This document shows positions 50,063 to 61,700 of a stretch of 64,000 nt of DNA, piece after piece (position 1 is the first letter of the stretch; each line of letters starts with the position of its first letter). The notes under the pieces are model-generated. The model did no database searches and was not told the DNA's origin. It was given only the letters and a program-made list of their open reading frames with translations. Made by a program: the position numbers and the translations under genes. The stretch is from assembly GCA_016713865.1 (NCBI GenBank), contig JADJOG010000001.1, forward strand, positions 2,274 through 66,273, given 5' to 3'. Source of the stretch: Flavobacteriales bacterium. GTDB taxonomy: Bacteria; Bacteroidota; Bacteroidia; Flavobacteriales_F; PHOS-HE28.

Positions 50063-53000
50063 TTGACAGCTCGCAGAGGGTCGTTAACCTTGGTCGGTCG
50101 AAACAGGCAGCCCGTGATCAGAACCCGGACCCCTCTCCTACTTGCGATTCTCATTTCAGCCCTTTCGGCAAGCGCGCAGCCGTGCTTGGTGGGCTACAGC
50201 TTCACGCAATCGCCGCCGCCCACCAACGGCACATACGCTTGCGGTGAAACCGTCACCTTCTGCTTCACGATTACGAACTGGAATACGACGAATGCGAATT
50301 GGTTCCACGGCGTCGTAGCCACATTCGGCCCAGGCTGGGATCTGACCACACTGGTGCCAGGAACGCCTCCTGCAACAGCTGGCACCAGCACCGGCGCATG
50401 GAATTGGTACAACAGCGTGCAAGGCACTGCGGGCACCAATAGCGGCCCACAAGGCCCGGGTTTCTTCTTCGACCTGAATAACGATGGCAACCCGGGCAAC
50501 AATTTCGGTGATTTCAGTACCGGCTCTTGGACATTCTGCTGGACGATCAGCGTGCTGAGCGGACCGGCCTGCGTGAACGGGCTTGGCCTTGGGGTGAGTT
50601 TCAACACCTTCTCTGATAGCGAAACCGGATCGTGGGGAAGCAGCGCTTGCGTGAACGACCCCATCGCACCATCGACACCTGCGGTGATTCAAGCCTGTTC
50701 GGCGAATGCTGGAACGAGTGGATCAATCACATTGTGCTCGAATGCACCGGCTGTTGCCTTATCGAGCGGCCTTGGTGGAACACCGGATCCAGGCGGCACA
50801 TGGACCGGCCCCGGCGGCGGAGCCTTCAGCGGCAACTTCAATGCTGCTACCGATGCTCCCGGCAATTACACCTACACAGTGAGTTCCGCATCGCCGCCGT
50901 GCTCGGCATCAGCTCTTGTTTCCGTAGCCGTTAATCCACAGCCGAATGCGGGAACCAATGCAAACATCACCCTTTGCGCGAGCGACCCGGCGACGAACCT
51001 GTTCACCGCGCTAGGAGGTCCGGCTGATCCAGGAGTAAGCTGGGCAGGTCCGACCGGAGCCTTCTCAGGCACCTTCAACCCCGCAGCGGACGCAGCCGGT
51101 GTTTACACCTATACGGTGAACGGCGTTGCACCATGCGTGAGCAGTTCAGCCTCAGTCACGGTGGCCGTGAACCCTAGCCCTAACGCCGGCACCAATGGAG
51201 CTGTTACGCTCTGCACCACAAGCGGACCCACCGCACTCTTCACGCAACTCGGCGGCGCACCCAGCGCAGGTGGCTCATGGACATCGCCGAGCGGAATGCC
51301 GGCCACCGGGATCTTCACACCTGGGGCCGATGCGCCGGGCTCTTACACCTACACCGTGAATGGCACTGCGCCTTGCCCGAACAGTTCAGCCACGGTCAAT
51401 GTCGCCGTGAATGCAGCGCCCAACGCAGGCTCGAATGCCAATGCCTCGCTCTGCAGCACAGCGCCTCCCGTAACACTCACCACATTGCTGAATGGCACAC
51501 CCGACCAGAACGGCACATGGACGGATCCGAGCGGCAACGCCATACCCGGCATTCTGAATCCGACCAGTGCATTGAGCGGAGCCTATACCTATTCAATCGT
51601 CGGCATTGCACCGTGCGTCAGTGCTTCAGCAACTTTGAACCTCACGGTGAATCAGCAGCCGAATGCCGGCACCAGTGCAACCGTGAACCTCTGCAACGCA
51701 TCACCTGCTATCGATCTCTTCCAATCGATAGGAGGCACTCCCGATGCGGGCGGCACCTGGAGCGGACCGAATGGACCCGTTGCCAGTACAACGTTCACGC
51801 CGGGGACGAGCACGCCCGGCGCTTACACTTACACCATTGCCGCTTCCGCGCCTTGCGTGAATTCAACGGCGACCGTCACCGTGAATGTGAGCGCTCAGCC
51901 GAATGCGGGCACGAGCGCACCGCTGAACGTGTGCAGTTCCGGCGCTGCGGTTGGCTTGTTCGCATCACTTGGACCGAATGCTCAAGCAGGCGGCGCTTGG
52001 ACCAATCCGAGTGGCGGCGCATCAACCGGCACCTTCACTCCGGGAACCTCGGCCGATGGCGCCTACACTTATACGATAGCAGGTGCTCCGCCATGCCCGA
52101 GCTCGAGCGCGATCGTAATCGTTACCACCACAATGGCGAGCAACGCCGGCGCGGGCAACCCCTTGGCCGTGTGCAGCTCGGGTGCGCCGGTGAGCCTGAT
52201 TGCTTCGTTGAGCGGCAATCCTCAACCCGGCGGGAATTGGACAGCACCGAGTGGTGGCGCGATGAATGGCACATTGAACCCAGCCACCGCTGCGAGCGGC
52301 AATTACACCTATACCATCGCAGCGAACGGACCATGCCCTGCCGTATCCACTGTTGTCGCTGTTACCGTTTCGCAAGCCGTGAATGCTGGGAGCAACGGGA
52401 ACCACACGCTGTGCAGCAGCAATGGCGCAGCGTATAGCCTGATCAGCGCGCTCGGTGGCGCCCCGAATCCCGGCGGCGCTTGGACAGCACCCAATGGAGC
52501 GCCACACGGAGCAACGTTCACCGCTGGCACAAGCGCTCCTGGCATCTACACCTACACGGTGAATGGCGTTGCGCCTTGCCCTTCGGCGTCGAGCACGGTG
52601 ACCATGCAGGTGGTACAAGCACCGAATGCTGGCGTTGGTGGTACTGCCGCGCTGTGCATGAATGGCGTTGTCGTTGACCCATTCAACTGGCTCAGCGGCA
52701 ATCCGCAGCAAGGCGGTTCTTGGGTATCGCCCGGTGGCGCAGCCATAACGCAGATCGATCCATCGACGGCGGCGAGCGGCAATTACACCTACACCGTGAA
52801 TGGCACAGCTCCATGCCCGAACGCGACCGCCACGGTGCAACTCAGCATCGATCCATTACCGAATGCCGGGGCCGATGGAAGCTTGAACCTCTGCGCGGAT
52901 GCCACACCCGTGGGCATGATCGGGTATCTGTCCGGCGCCCAGCCCGGAGGCAATTGGCAAGGTCCGAATGGCGCCACCTCGGACACATTCTCGCCCGCCA

Positions 53001-53887
53001 CGAATGTGCCCGGCCTCTACACCTACACCGTGTTCGGCGGAGGTGCTTGCGCGAATGAAACGGATCAGGCCCAACTGACCGTGCAGGTGAATCCTTTGCC
53101 GCAACCGAGCTTCCAATCCGATATTGCAGCAGGCTGCGCGCCTTTGCAAGTGCAATTCACGAACACCACGCAGGGCAGCGTTCAATCAGGCACTTGGGAT
53201 TTCGGCGATGGCGATAACGGAACAGGAACCGCAAGCGTTTGGCATACCTATACCACGGGTGGCCAATTCGATGTGCAGCTCACGGTAACGGATGCCAATG
53301 GTTGCGCAGGCAGCCTTCTCGTTGGTGATGCGATCACGGTTTCCACTGGACCGGACGCCAGCTTCTTCGCGCTTCCACTTCGAGTCAGCGTGAACAATCC
53401 CACCACTGTCATTACGCAAGTGCCGCAGAATAGCATCAGCTACTCGTGGGTGATCGACGGCATCGCGCTCGATACCAGCGGCATCTTCAGTTGGACCTTC
53501 GACCCACCAACGGTTGGCGAACGGGAAATCTGCCTCGTAGCCACTGATGCACTGGGCTGCTTCAATACACTGTGCCAGCGCATGCTCGTCGATGACGACC
53601 TGACCATCTATGTGGCCAATGCCTTCACACCGAACGACGACGACAAGAACGAAGTGTTCCTTCCGTCAGTGATCGGTGCCGAACCGGATTGGTATGAGTT
53701 CATGGTGTTCGATCGCTGGGGATTGCTTGTCTTCAGAACCACCGACCCGGGCGAAGGCTGGAATGGCGGCATGAACAACAGCGGCGACATTCTTCCGCAG
53801 GATGTGTACGTATGGACCTTGCGCGCCAAGGACCAGTTCACGCCGGAGAAGGCGGAGCTGATCGGCACGGTGACCCTGCTGCGCTAG
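50063..53887 (+). CDS. Giant gliding-motility-type surface protein (1,274 aa) with about 11 tandem ~85-aa Ig-like repeats, a PKD domain and a CHU_C / T9SS type-B C-terminal domain.
   Basis: Repeats 'PNAG.N...LC......L...LGG.P..GG.W..P.G.....F.P......G.YTYTV.G.APC..SSA.V.V.V'. PKD: 'WDFGDGDNGTGTASVWHTYTTGGQFDVQLTVTDANGC'. C-terminus: 'YVANAFTPNDDDKNEVFLP....FMVFDRWGLLVF...GWNG......YVWTL.....KAELIGTVTLLR'. The start may be the GTG at about 50114, which gives a better signal peptide. Confidence 0.8.
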   Translation: MTARRGSLTLVGRNRQPVIRTRTPLLLAILISALSASAQPCLVGYSFTQSPPPTNGTYACGETVTFCFTITNWNTTNANWFHGVVATFGPGWDLTTLVPGTPPATAGTSTGAWNWYNSVQGTAGTNSGPQGPGFFFDLNNDGNPGNNFGDFSTGSWTFCWTISVLSGPACVNGLGLGVSFNTFSDSETGSWGSSACVNDPIAPSTPAVIQACSANAGTSGSITLCSNAPAVALSSGLGGTPDPGGTWTGPGGGAFSGNFNAATDAPGNYTYTVSSASPPCSASALVSVAVNPQPNAGTNANITLCASDPATNLFTALGGPADPGVSWAGPTGAFSGTFNPAADAAGVYTYTVNGVAPCVSSSASVTVAVNPSPNAGTNGAVTLCTTSGPTALFTQLGGAPSAGGSWTSPSGMPATGIFTPGADAPGSYTYTVNGTAPCPNSSATVNVAVNAAPNAGSNANASLCSTAPPVTLTTLLNGTPDQNGTWTDPSGNAIPGILNPTSALSGAYTYSIVGIAPCVSASATLNLTVNQQPNAGTSATVNLCNASPAIDLFQSIGGTPDAGGTWSGPNGPVASTTFTPGTSTPGAYTYTIAASAPCVNSTATVTVNVSAQPNAGTSAPLNVCSSGAAVGLFASLGPNAQAGGAWTNPSGGASTGTFTPGTSADGAYTYTIAGAPPCPSSSAIVIVTTTMASNAGAGNPLAVCSSGAPVSLIASLSGNPQPGGNWTAPSGGAMNGTLNPATAASGNYTYTIAANGPCPAVSTVVAVTVSQAVNAGSNGNHTLCSSNGAAYSLISALGGAPNPGGAWTAPNGAPHGATFTAGTSAPGIYTYTVNGVAPCPSASSTVTMQVVQAPNAGVGGTAALCMNGVVVDPFNWLSGNPQQGGSWVSPGGAAITQIDPSTAASGNYTYTVNGTAPCPNATATVQLSIDPLPNAGADGSLNLCADATPVGMIGYLSGAQPGGNWQGPNGATSDTFSPATNVPGLYTYTVFGGGACANETDQAQLTVQVNPLPQPSFQSDIAAGCAPLQVQFTNTTQGSVQSGTWDFGDGDNGTGTASVWHTYTTGGQFDVQLTVTDANGCAGSLLVGDAITVSTGPDASFFALPLRVSVNNPTTVITQVPQNSISYSWVIDGIALDTSGIFSWTFDPPTVGEREICLVATDALGCFNTLCQRMLVDDDLTIYVANAFTPNDDDKNEVFLPSVIGAEPDWYEFMVFDRWGLLVFRTTDPGEGWNGGMNNSGDILPQDVYVWTLRAKDQFTPEKAELIGTVTLLR

Positions 53888-53909
53888 AATCTATCCCTAG
53901 AAACGAGAA

Positions 53910-53931
53910 GGCCTCGGATTGCTCCGAGGCC
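53910..53931. terminator. Bidirectional hairpin between convergent giant genes (9-bp perfect stem, 4-nt loop).
   Basis: GGCCTCGGA TTGC TCCGAGGCC. Confidence 0.4.
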
Positions 53932-53951
53932 CCTCATCCAACATCGGTCCG

Positions 53952-56900
53952 TCAGTTCTTGACGAACCTCGTTCGCGCAAGCGGTCTGCCTTCCGCATCA
54001 AGCGCGACGATCGTGTAGATGCCCATCGCGAGGGCATCGCAGTCGAGGTATGCGCGCCATGGCGCATCGATGATCTGTTTCCCGGCAGCGTCGGTAACGC
54101 GCATGCGGCGCGCTTCGCCGGAAGCAAGGCGGATCTGCAGCAACCCGCCGCGTATCGGATTAGGCGCTACGCTGAAACCGGAGCCGACCTCCGATTCCTG
54201 CACACCAGTGACTAGTTCGCAGGCATCGCCAACACCGTCCTCATTGGTGTCGTCTTGGTCGGGGTTATACACCCACGTGCAATTGTCGCAGCCATCACCA
54301 ATCCCATCGCCATCGAAATCGGCCTGGTTCGGATTGAACATCAAGAGGCAATTGTCGTCGCAATCGAGCACTCCATCCGCATCACCGTCGGGATTCGGAG
54401 TCACGCCCGTGCTCCCACCTGCGCATTGACCGCACGCGTCAATGAAAGCGGATCCATTAACCACCCCCGCGCAATCCAACAAAGCTTGCTCGCCAATGCA
54501 GAAGCACTGATTGTTCCACGCATCGTTCACCGTGTTCGCATTGCCATCGTTGCAAGGAGTTCCAGGTAGCGCGCTGCCGCCGGGCGTGCCCATGCAGTCG
54601 ATGAGCTGGCCCATGCATTGGCAGTTGCTGTTCCATGTGTCGTTGCCCGTATTCGGGTTATTGTCGTTGCATGGTGTGCCGGACACCGCGCTGCCGCCGG
54701 GCGTGCCCATGCAATCGATGAGCTGGCCCACGCATTGGCAGTTGCTGTTCCATGTGTCGTTGCCCGTGTTCGGGTTATTGTCGTTGCACGGAGTACCGGA
54801 CACCGCGCTGCCGCCGGGCGTGCCCATGCAGTCGATGAGCTGGCCCACGCATTGGCAGTTGCTGTTCCATGTGTCGTTGCCCGTGTTCGGGTTATTGTCG
54901 TTGCACGACGTGCCGGACACCGCGCTGCCGCCGGGCGTGCCGAGGCAATCCACCACGAGCGGCGTTCCTGCACAGCTGCAATTCACGCCGATCGTGTCAT
55001 TCACGGTATTGGGATTACCATCGTTGCAAGAAGCGCCCGGATCAAGATTCCCGCAACCGCAATTCCCGGGCGCATTCTTGTTCGGATCATTCGGACAACC
55101 ATCAGTCGCATTCGCAACATAGCCCTGAGGTTGACTGCACGCATGCATGCTCATGGCTGGATCACCCGCGCCGTCACCATCCATATCGGCATACCATGTG
55201 GTCGCTGCCGTGATGCTCACGCCCGCCGTGGTGCTGAATGCCGCGCATCCGCCCGAGGCTGCGATGCTGTACGTGACCGTGTAAGTGCCTGCGGTGCTCG
55301 CGCCGGGATTGATCGCGCCGGTGCTGCTGTTGATGCTCAAGCCGCTGGGCGCAGCGCTGTACGTACCACCCGAAGTGCCGGTGCGTGTCACGTTCACTGA
55401 TCCGCTGCTGCTGCAGATCGGCGATGCGCCGTAGGTGATCGTTGCTGATGGACCCGCCGTGATGCTCACGCTCGCCGTGGTGCTGAAGGCCGCGCATCCG
55501 CCAGAGGCTGCGATGGTAAGTGACCGTGTAAGTGCTCGCTGTGCTCGCGCCGGGATTGATCGCGCCCGTGCTGTTGTTGATGCTCAAGCCGCTCGGCGTG
55601 GCGCTGTAAGCGCCGCCCGATGTGCCGGTTCGTGTCACGTTCACTGATCCACTGCTGCTGCAGAACGGCGATGCGCCGTAGGTGATCGTTGCTGATGGAC
55701 CCGCCATGATGCTCACGCTCGCCGTGGTGCTGAAGGCCGCGCATCCGCCCGAGGCTGCGATGCTGTACGTGACCGTGTAAGTGCCTGCCGTGCTCGCGCC
55801 GGGATTGATCGCACCGCTGCTGCTGTTAATGCTCAAGCCGCTGGGCGCAGCGCTGTACGTGCCACCCGATGTGCCGGTGCGTGCCACGTTCACAGTGCCG
55901 CTGCTGCTGCAGATCGGCGATGCGCCGTAGGTGATCGTTGCTGATGGACCCGCCATGATGCTCACGCTCGCCGTGGTGCTGAAGGCCGCGCATCCGCCCG
56001 AGGCTGCGATGGTGTAAGTGACCGTGTAAGTGCCTGCCGTGCTCGCGCCAGGATTGATCGCGCCCGCGCTGCTATCGATGCTCAAGCCGCTTGGCGCAGC
56101 GCTGTACGTGCCGCCCGATGTGCCGGTGCGTGTCACGTTCACCGTACCGCTTCCCGTGCAGATGGGCTGTGTGCCGTAAGAAATCGTTGCGGAGAAGCTC
56201 GCAGCGATCGTGATCGATGCAGTAGTTGAGAATGACGGACAGCCACCGGCGGCGGCCAGCGTGTACGTGACAGTGTAGGTGCCGGGTGTGCTTGTCGATG
56301 GCGTCACATTGCCGTTGCCCGTGTTGATCGATAGGCCCGTTGGCGTTACGCTGTAGCTGCCTCCAGAATTGCCGGTGCGCGTAACGCTCACGACGCCCGC
56401 AGACGCGCAGAATGGCGATCCCACATAGTTGATGGTGGCTGTGGGCGGAGTATTCACCGTAACACCCACGGTCTGCTGCGAACTGCTGCAGCCATTGCTC
56501 ACTGTTAGCGTGTACACGCCAGAAGCAGCGGCAGTAGCAGAATTGATGGAGGGGTTCAGCGATGTGGAGGTGAATCCGTTCGGACCCGTCCAAGCATAGG
56601 TCAGAGTTCCCGAACCGGAAGCGCTCGCATTTAGGTTGATGTTCTGTCCAACGCAAATGAGGCCATTGCCGGATATGGCCGTGATGTTCGGTGCCTGAGG
56701 CAACGCGCCCAGGCATTGGCAGCTGGCATTCCAGGCATCATTGGAGGTGCATGCGTTGCCATCGTTGCACGGCGTTCCAGGAGTCGCGCTTCCGCCGGGC
56801 ACGCCAAGGCAATCCGTCGAAGAGGCGCTCTGCGCGGTGCCCATCGCACCGAGCGAGAGGTTGTAGTAGGACCCGGTATTGCTGACCTCCAGCTTCACGG

Positions 56901-58560
56901 TGCGCACCATGTATTCGCGGCCCGCAACGAAAGGAATAGCGGCATTCGTGTAGCCCGTTCCCAATACCGGCGAAGACGTCAAACGGTTGATGCTTCCATC
57001 CGCCGCGAATTCATACACGTGGTAGCCTTCGATCCCGGTTTCCGGCGATGCGGCCCAGGAGAAGGCCGCCGCGCCCGCGCTGTTGGATACTACCACGTTG
57101 GCTGGGGGCGCCACCATCTTCATGCGCAAGGTGGGATCCCCCATGAGTCCGAGATGTGTTCTGCCAATTGAGCCTTGCCAACCATCGTGAAGCGGCGTGT
57201 ATAGACTGCTGTTGTTCATAGTGAGCAGAGTGCTGTATCCGATTGGATCACCCATGCCCATGTGATGGTAGTAGTATCCCGGAATGGCAGACCAGACGCT
57301 TGCCAGGCCAGATCCGCCAGCGATGTAGGCGCGCAGGAAATTGTTGCGGTTATCCCAATCGCCGAAGTAGCTGCCAAAGGTCATGTTGAAGACGCCGCCC
57401 ATGCTGGTGGAAGCAAGGTTCTGCGTTGTCGCGATGTTGGTCGCGCCGTTAAAGGTCAGTACGCCCCCATCGCTCGCTTGTCCGCCTGCGCCACTGCTGT
57501 AGGTCCACATGTAGCTCTGGCCATTCACCAATTGGTGGAAGGGCGTACCGTTCTGATTCGCGTTAGTGATGTTACCAGCGCCAACCAAGGCAGCCATGCT
57601 GCGCCAGCCACTTGCCGCGAGCGGATTGCTCACCCACTGCAGATTGTCGAACATGAGCGCACGCTGCTGGGGCACCCAGCCCTTCAACTTGAAATCGTGC
57701 GCACGATTGAGATAAGCACGCATGAGCTCCGTGGCGCTCAACGGGAAGGCTGGCATGTTCGTCAGATCCACGCGCCCTACCTGCAATTCGAGATCGCTCG
57801 GGAAATTGCTCTGGTCGAATTTGCCATCGCTCGGGATGTTGCGGTTCTCGGCGCGCTGCGCACCATTGTTGTTCACGGTATTGTCCGTCCAATTGCCATT
57901 GAGCTCGCCATAGTATCCATCGCAGGGCCACGCGCCCTGATGCTCACTGTGACCATCGGGATTCACATTGCCCGAATACGGCACGGGCACGTGACCGATC
58001 ATATAGACGGCCTTCACGTTCGTGGGATCGGCGTTGTAGTGCCCTTGGATGATGGAACGCACGCTGGGCACGGTCGCTGAAGGCGAAACATCGCTGCGGA
58101 TCACGCCCCAGCCATCAGCGCGCAGGTCGCGCTCCAATTGCTGCAATTCAGCGCTCAGTGGCGAGGAGAATGTGTTATCGACCAAGAGGATGACACGGCC
58201 ACGGAAATCGGGCGGCTGCACCTGAATGCCCGATGAAACGTAGCCCTGTCCTGTAACACCGTTCGATACGCGCACCACGCGGTACTCGTACGCTGTGCCT
58301 ACCACGACATTGTTATCCTGCCAGCTGAGATCAGCTGCCGCTGGCGTCGCGATGGCCGTGCCCCACGACGTGGCGGTCTTCAGCTTGCGGTAAATCGTGA
58401 TGCTGGTGGTACTGGAGATCGAGGTCCAGTTGAGCGTGATGCGCGGCGGAGAGGCCTGCACCGTTGCAGCGAGTTGCACCGAAGCGCGTTGCGAGCTGGT
58501 CTGCGCGGAAGCGCCCAGCACAATGAACAGTACGAGAACGGAAGCGAGTATGCGTTGCAT
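53952..58560 (-). CDS. Giant T9SS cargo protein (about 1,535 aa). It has an N-terminal FN3-like domain, a gingipain (C25)-like α/β domain with the Cys position substituted, a Cys-rich repeat, 5 near-identical 83-aa Ig-like tandem repeats, 4-Cys ~39-aa repeats ×5, thrombospondin-3-like repeats and a Por_Secre_tail. One 2-nt deletion near 55535 splits it into ORFs 55174-58560 and 53952-55469.
   Basis: Signal peptide MQRILASVLVLFIVLGASAQ. 'VNPDGHSEHQGAW' resembles the gingipain His motif GHGSETAW. C-terminal TSP3-like '[14 protein letters not shown]...DFDGDGIGDGCDNC' and 'VAPNPIRGGLLQIRL...RFVKN'. Confidence 0.75.
54571..54960 (-). repeat. Intragenic near-identical tandem DNA repeat, 117-bp unit × about 3.3, encoding the 39-aa unit DCMGTPGGSAVSGTPCNDNNPNTGNDTWNSNCQCVGQLI.
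   Basis: Unit starts at 54571, 54688, 54805 and 54922. About 95% nt identity between units. Confidence 0.85.
55212..56205 (-). repeat. Intragenic near-identical tandem DNA repeat, 249-bp unit × about 4, encoding the 83-aa Ig-like unit (...SATITYGASPICSSSGTVNV.RTGTSGGTYSAAPSGLSI.SS.GAINPGASTAGTYTVTY.IAASGGCAAFSTTASVSIMAGP). The copy at 55461-55707 is 247 bp, which is the frameshift.
   Basis: Unit anchors 'GATGCTCACGC' are at 55212, 55461, 55708 and 55957. Confidence 0.85.
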
Positions 58561-58706
58561 GGCCGCGATGTTGGATGGCCATGAACACCGACGTTGCCCT
58601 TAGGCTGAACCGGTCGCGAGGCAGCGCGAACGGTCCGCGGCGGTGTGCAGGACCGCGGCCTTGTACCACCGGACGATGGCAACGGTTACGTGGCAACCAA
58701 CAGTGA

Positions 58707-61700
58707 CCTAGAACTTCACCAACCTGGCCGCCGCCAAGGGAAGCCCCTCAGCATCGAACACCATGAGGGCGTAAGTGCCCTGCGCGATGCCTTCGGAGGT
58801 TGATCAGAGGCGCAAAGCGCCGCTCAGCCACGCTCCGGCCGACGGCATCGAGGAAAATGATGCGCACCGCGCCCTTCACATCGGCGCACCGGAGGTGATC
58901 GAAGGACGGGTTCGGATGCACGCGGAATGCTGGCAAACCGGCGATCTCGACCACACTGATGTCGTCGCAGAGATCACCCACGCCATTGCCATTGACATCC
59001 TCTTGTCCGGGATTCGCCACCCAAGGGCAATTATCGCAGGCATCACCCACCCCATCACCATCGAAATCAAGCTGAGCCGCGTTCGGGACCTGCGGGCAAT
59101 TGTCATCGCAATCGAGCACGTCATCCGTATCGGCATCGGGGTTAGGCAGCACGCCGGTTGTGCCACCAGCGCAGGTACCGCAATCATCGATGTAGGCCGA
59201 TCCAGCCGGAATACCCGCGCAATCGAGCTGCAATCCAAGGCAGGTGCATGTCAATGTCCATGCATCATCCACCGTGAGCGGATCACCATCGTCGCAGGGT
59301 GTTCCTGGCAACGCAATGCCGCCGGGCGTGCCCACGCAATCGAATGGCTCGCCTAAGCACTGACAGTTGCCCAACCAGATGTCATTGCCCGTATTGGCAT
59401 TGCCATCATCGCAAGGTGTTCCCGGCAACGCGGGCCCACCGGGTGAATTCTCGCAATCGACGAGCAAGCCAACGCATTCGCACGACGCCGTGTACGCATC
59501 CAATGCGGTGGCGGGGTCACCATCGTCGCAAGGCGATCCGGGCCAGGTACTGCCGCCGTAAATCCCGAGACAATCGGGCAACTCTCCGAGGCAGTCGCAG
59601 CCATTGCTCCACGTATCGTTGATCGAGAGCGGATCACCATCGTCACAGGGCGATCCCGGTTGAGCGGAGCCACCGGGAATGCCGGCGCAATCGTAGAAGA
59701 GCCCGACACAATCGCAGTTAACGGTCCAGCGATCGTCGCCGGTGAAGAAATCGCCATCGTCGCAAGGCGCACCGGGCAAAGCAGCGCCTCCGACCTCGCC
59801 TTCGCAATCGATGAGCACGCCCGCGCACTGGCAGTTGCTGGTCCATGCGTCAAGCGCGGTGTTGTCGTCGCCATCATCACAAGCAGCACCTGCTATGGCT
59901 GCACCACCAGGAGTGCCCTCACAATCCAAGGGCATGCCCGCGCATCCGCAATCGGCATCATAGGCATCGGCACCGGTCTGCGGATCGTCATCGTCGCAAG
60001 GAGTTCCCGGCAATGCGCCTCCACCGGGCACACTCGCGCAATCGAGCGGCAGGCCAACACAATCGCACATGGCGGTATATGTGTCGTTCCCCGTGGTCGC
60101 ATCTCCATCATCGCAAGGCGAACCGGGCAAGGCGCTTCCACCGACAACACCTGCACAATCGATCAATTGCCCGATGCACTCGCACGCTACGGACCAGGTA
60201 TCATCGCCCGTCGCTTCATCACCATCATCGCAAGCCGTGCCTGGAAGCGCATCGCCACCAGCGGCCCCGGTGCAGTCGAGCTGCAAGCCCACGCACGCGC
60301 AAGCCGTTGTCCAGGTATCGTCGCCCGTGCCCGCATCACCATCGTCGCATGGCGTGCCTGGCAACGCAGAGCCTCCTGCGATTCCGATGCAATCGAGCGG
60401 GAGTCCGATGCAGGCGCAGTCCACGGTCCAGGCATCGTTGCCTGTTGTCAGATCACCATCGTCGCACGGCGTTCCTGGCAAAGCGCTTCCACCGGGCAGT
60501 CCTTCGCAATCAATCGGCTGGCCAACGCATGCGCATTGAGCAGTCCATGAATCAGTCCCGGTCAGTGGATCACTATCGTCGCATGGAGTCCCAGGAATCG
60601 CGCTGCCGAATGGCATGTCTTCGCAATCCAGATCGATCGGAACATCGGCACAAGCACAATCGACTCCATATGCATCATCAATTGTGAGTGCCAATCCGTC
60701 GTCGCACGGTGTTCCGGGAAGCGCATCGCCCCCAACAATGCCCAGGCAATCGATCAGCTCACCCGCGCATTCACAATCCGCAGACCAGCTGTCGTTGCCC
60801 GTGGTCGCATCGCCATCATCGCGGGGTGCGCCCGACAAAGCCACTCCACCCGCGACTCCTTCGCAATCGAATGGCTCACCTGCGCATGTGCAGTTCACGC
60901 TCCAGGCATCATTCCCGGTGAAGGGGTCGCCATCATCGCACGGTGTCCCAGGCAGCGCGCTTCCGCCAGCTACACCTTCACAATCAATCAGCAAACCGGC
61001 ACAGATGCAATCCGGGCTCCAGGCATCTCCGATCGTGCCGGGGTTCCCATCGTCGCAAGGCGTGCCCTGCAGCGCGGAACCGCCAGCAATTCCCTCGCAA
61101 TCGATCAATAAGCCGATGCAATCGCACGACGCATCGTACGCATCGTTTACCGTGGTCGCATCGCCATCGTCGAATGGCGATCCCGGAAGCGCAGATCCGC
61201 CCGGCGTTCCGGCGCAATCCAACGGTAGGCCCACGCACGTGCATTCACTTGTCCAGGTATCGGCACCCGTGGTGGCCTCACCATCGTCGCAAGAGGTACC
61301 AGGCTGCGCAGGGCCGCCTTCGACGCCATTGCAATCAATCGGAGGCAACGCGTAGGAGACGCACAGTTTCGCGGAACGCGTTGGGTCCTGATCATGGCTC
61401 CACGAGGTGCGGCGCCCCACGCCCCACACGAAGGCCGCCACAGCATTGCCCTCTTGCCAGCCCGGGCGATCGATCACCGACTGCAGCAATGCGGCAAGAT
61501 TCGGTGTGCGTTGCGCGGGACCGTTCTGGTTGGCCGTGGGCCACGCAGCAGGCAACCAAGTCGTTGATGCCGTGCGCGGACGCGTGGAATAACTGAAAGG
61601 CACGAAGCCCAGGGCCGGCGCGTTGGCATCGTCCTGCAGGGCAACCAGCAAGGAGCACGGATTGATCTGCGAGGTGCCACGCGAAGTGAACTGGATGCGT

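Noticed and set aside
55466-55744. 92-aa ORF 'MRGLQHHGEREHH...'.
   Set aside because: A third-frame artefact inside the frameshifted tandem-repeat region of the giant gene at 53952-58560.
54571-56205. Possible CRISPR array, considered because of the regular direct repeats.
   Set aside because: The repeats are 117 and 249 bp long, contiguous without spacers, and in-frame protein-coding as Ig-like and Cys-rich modules. There is no cas gene.
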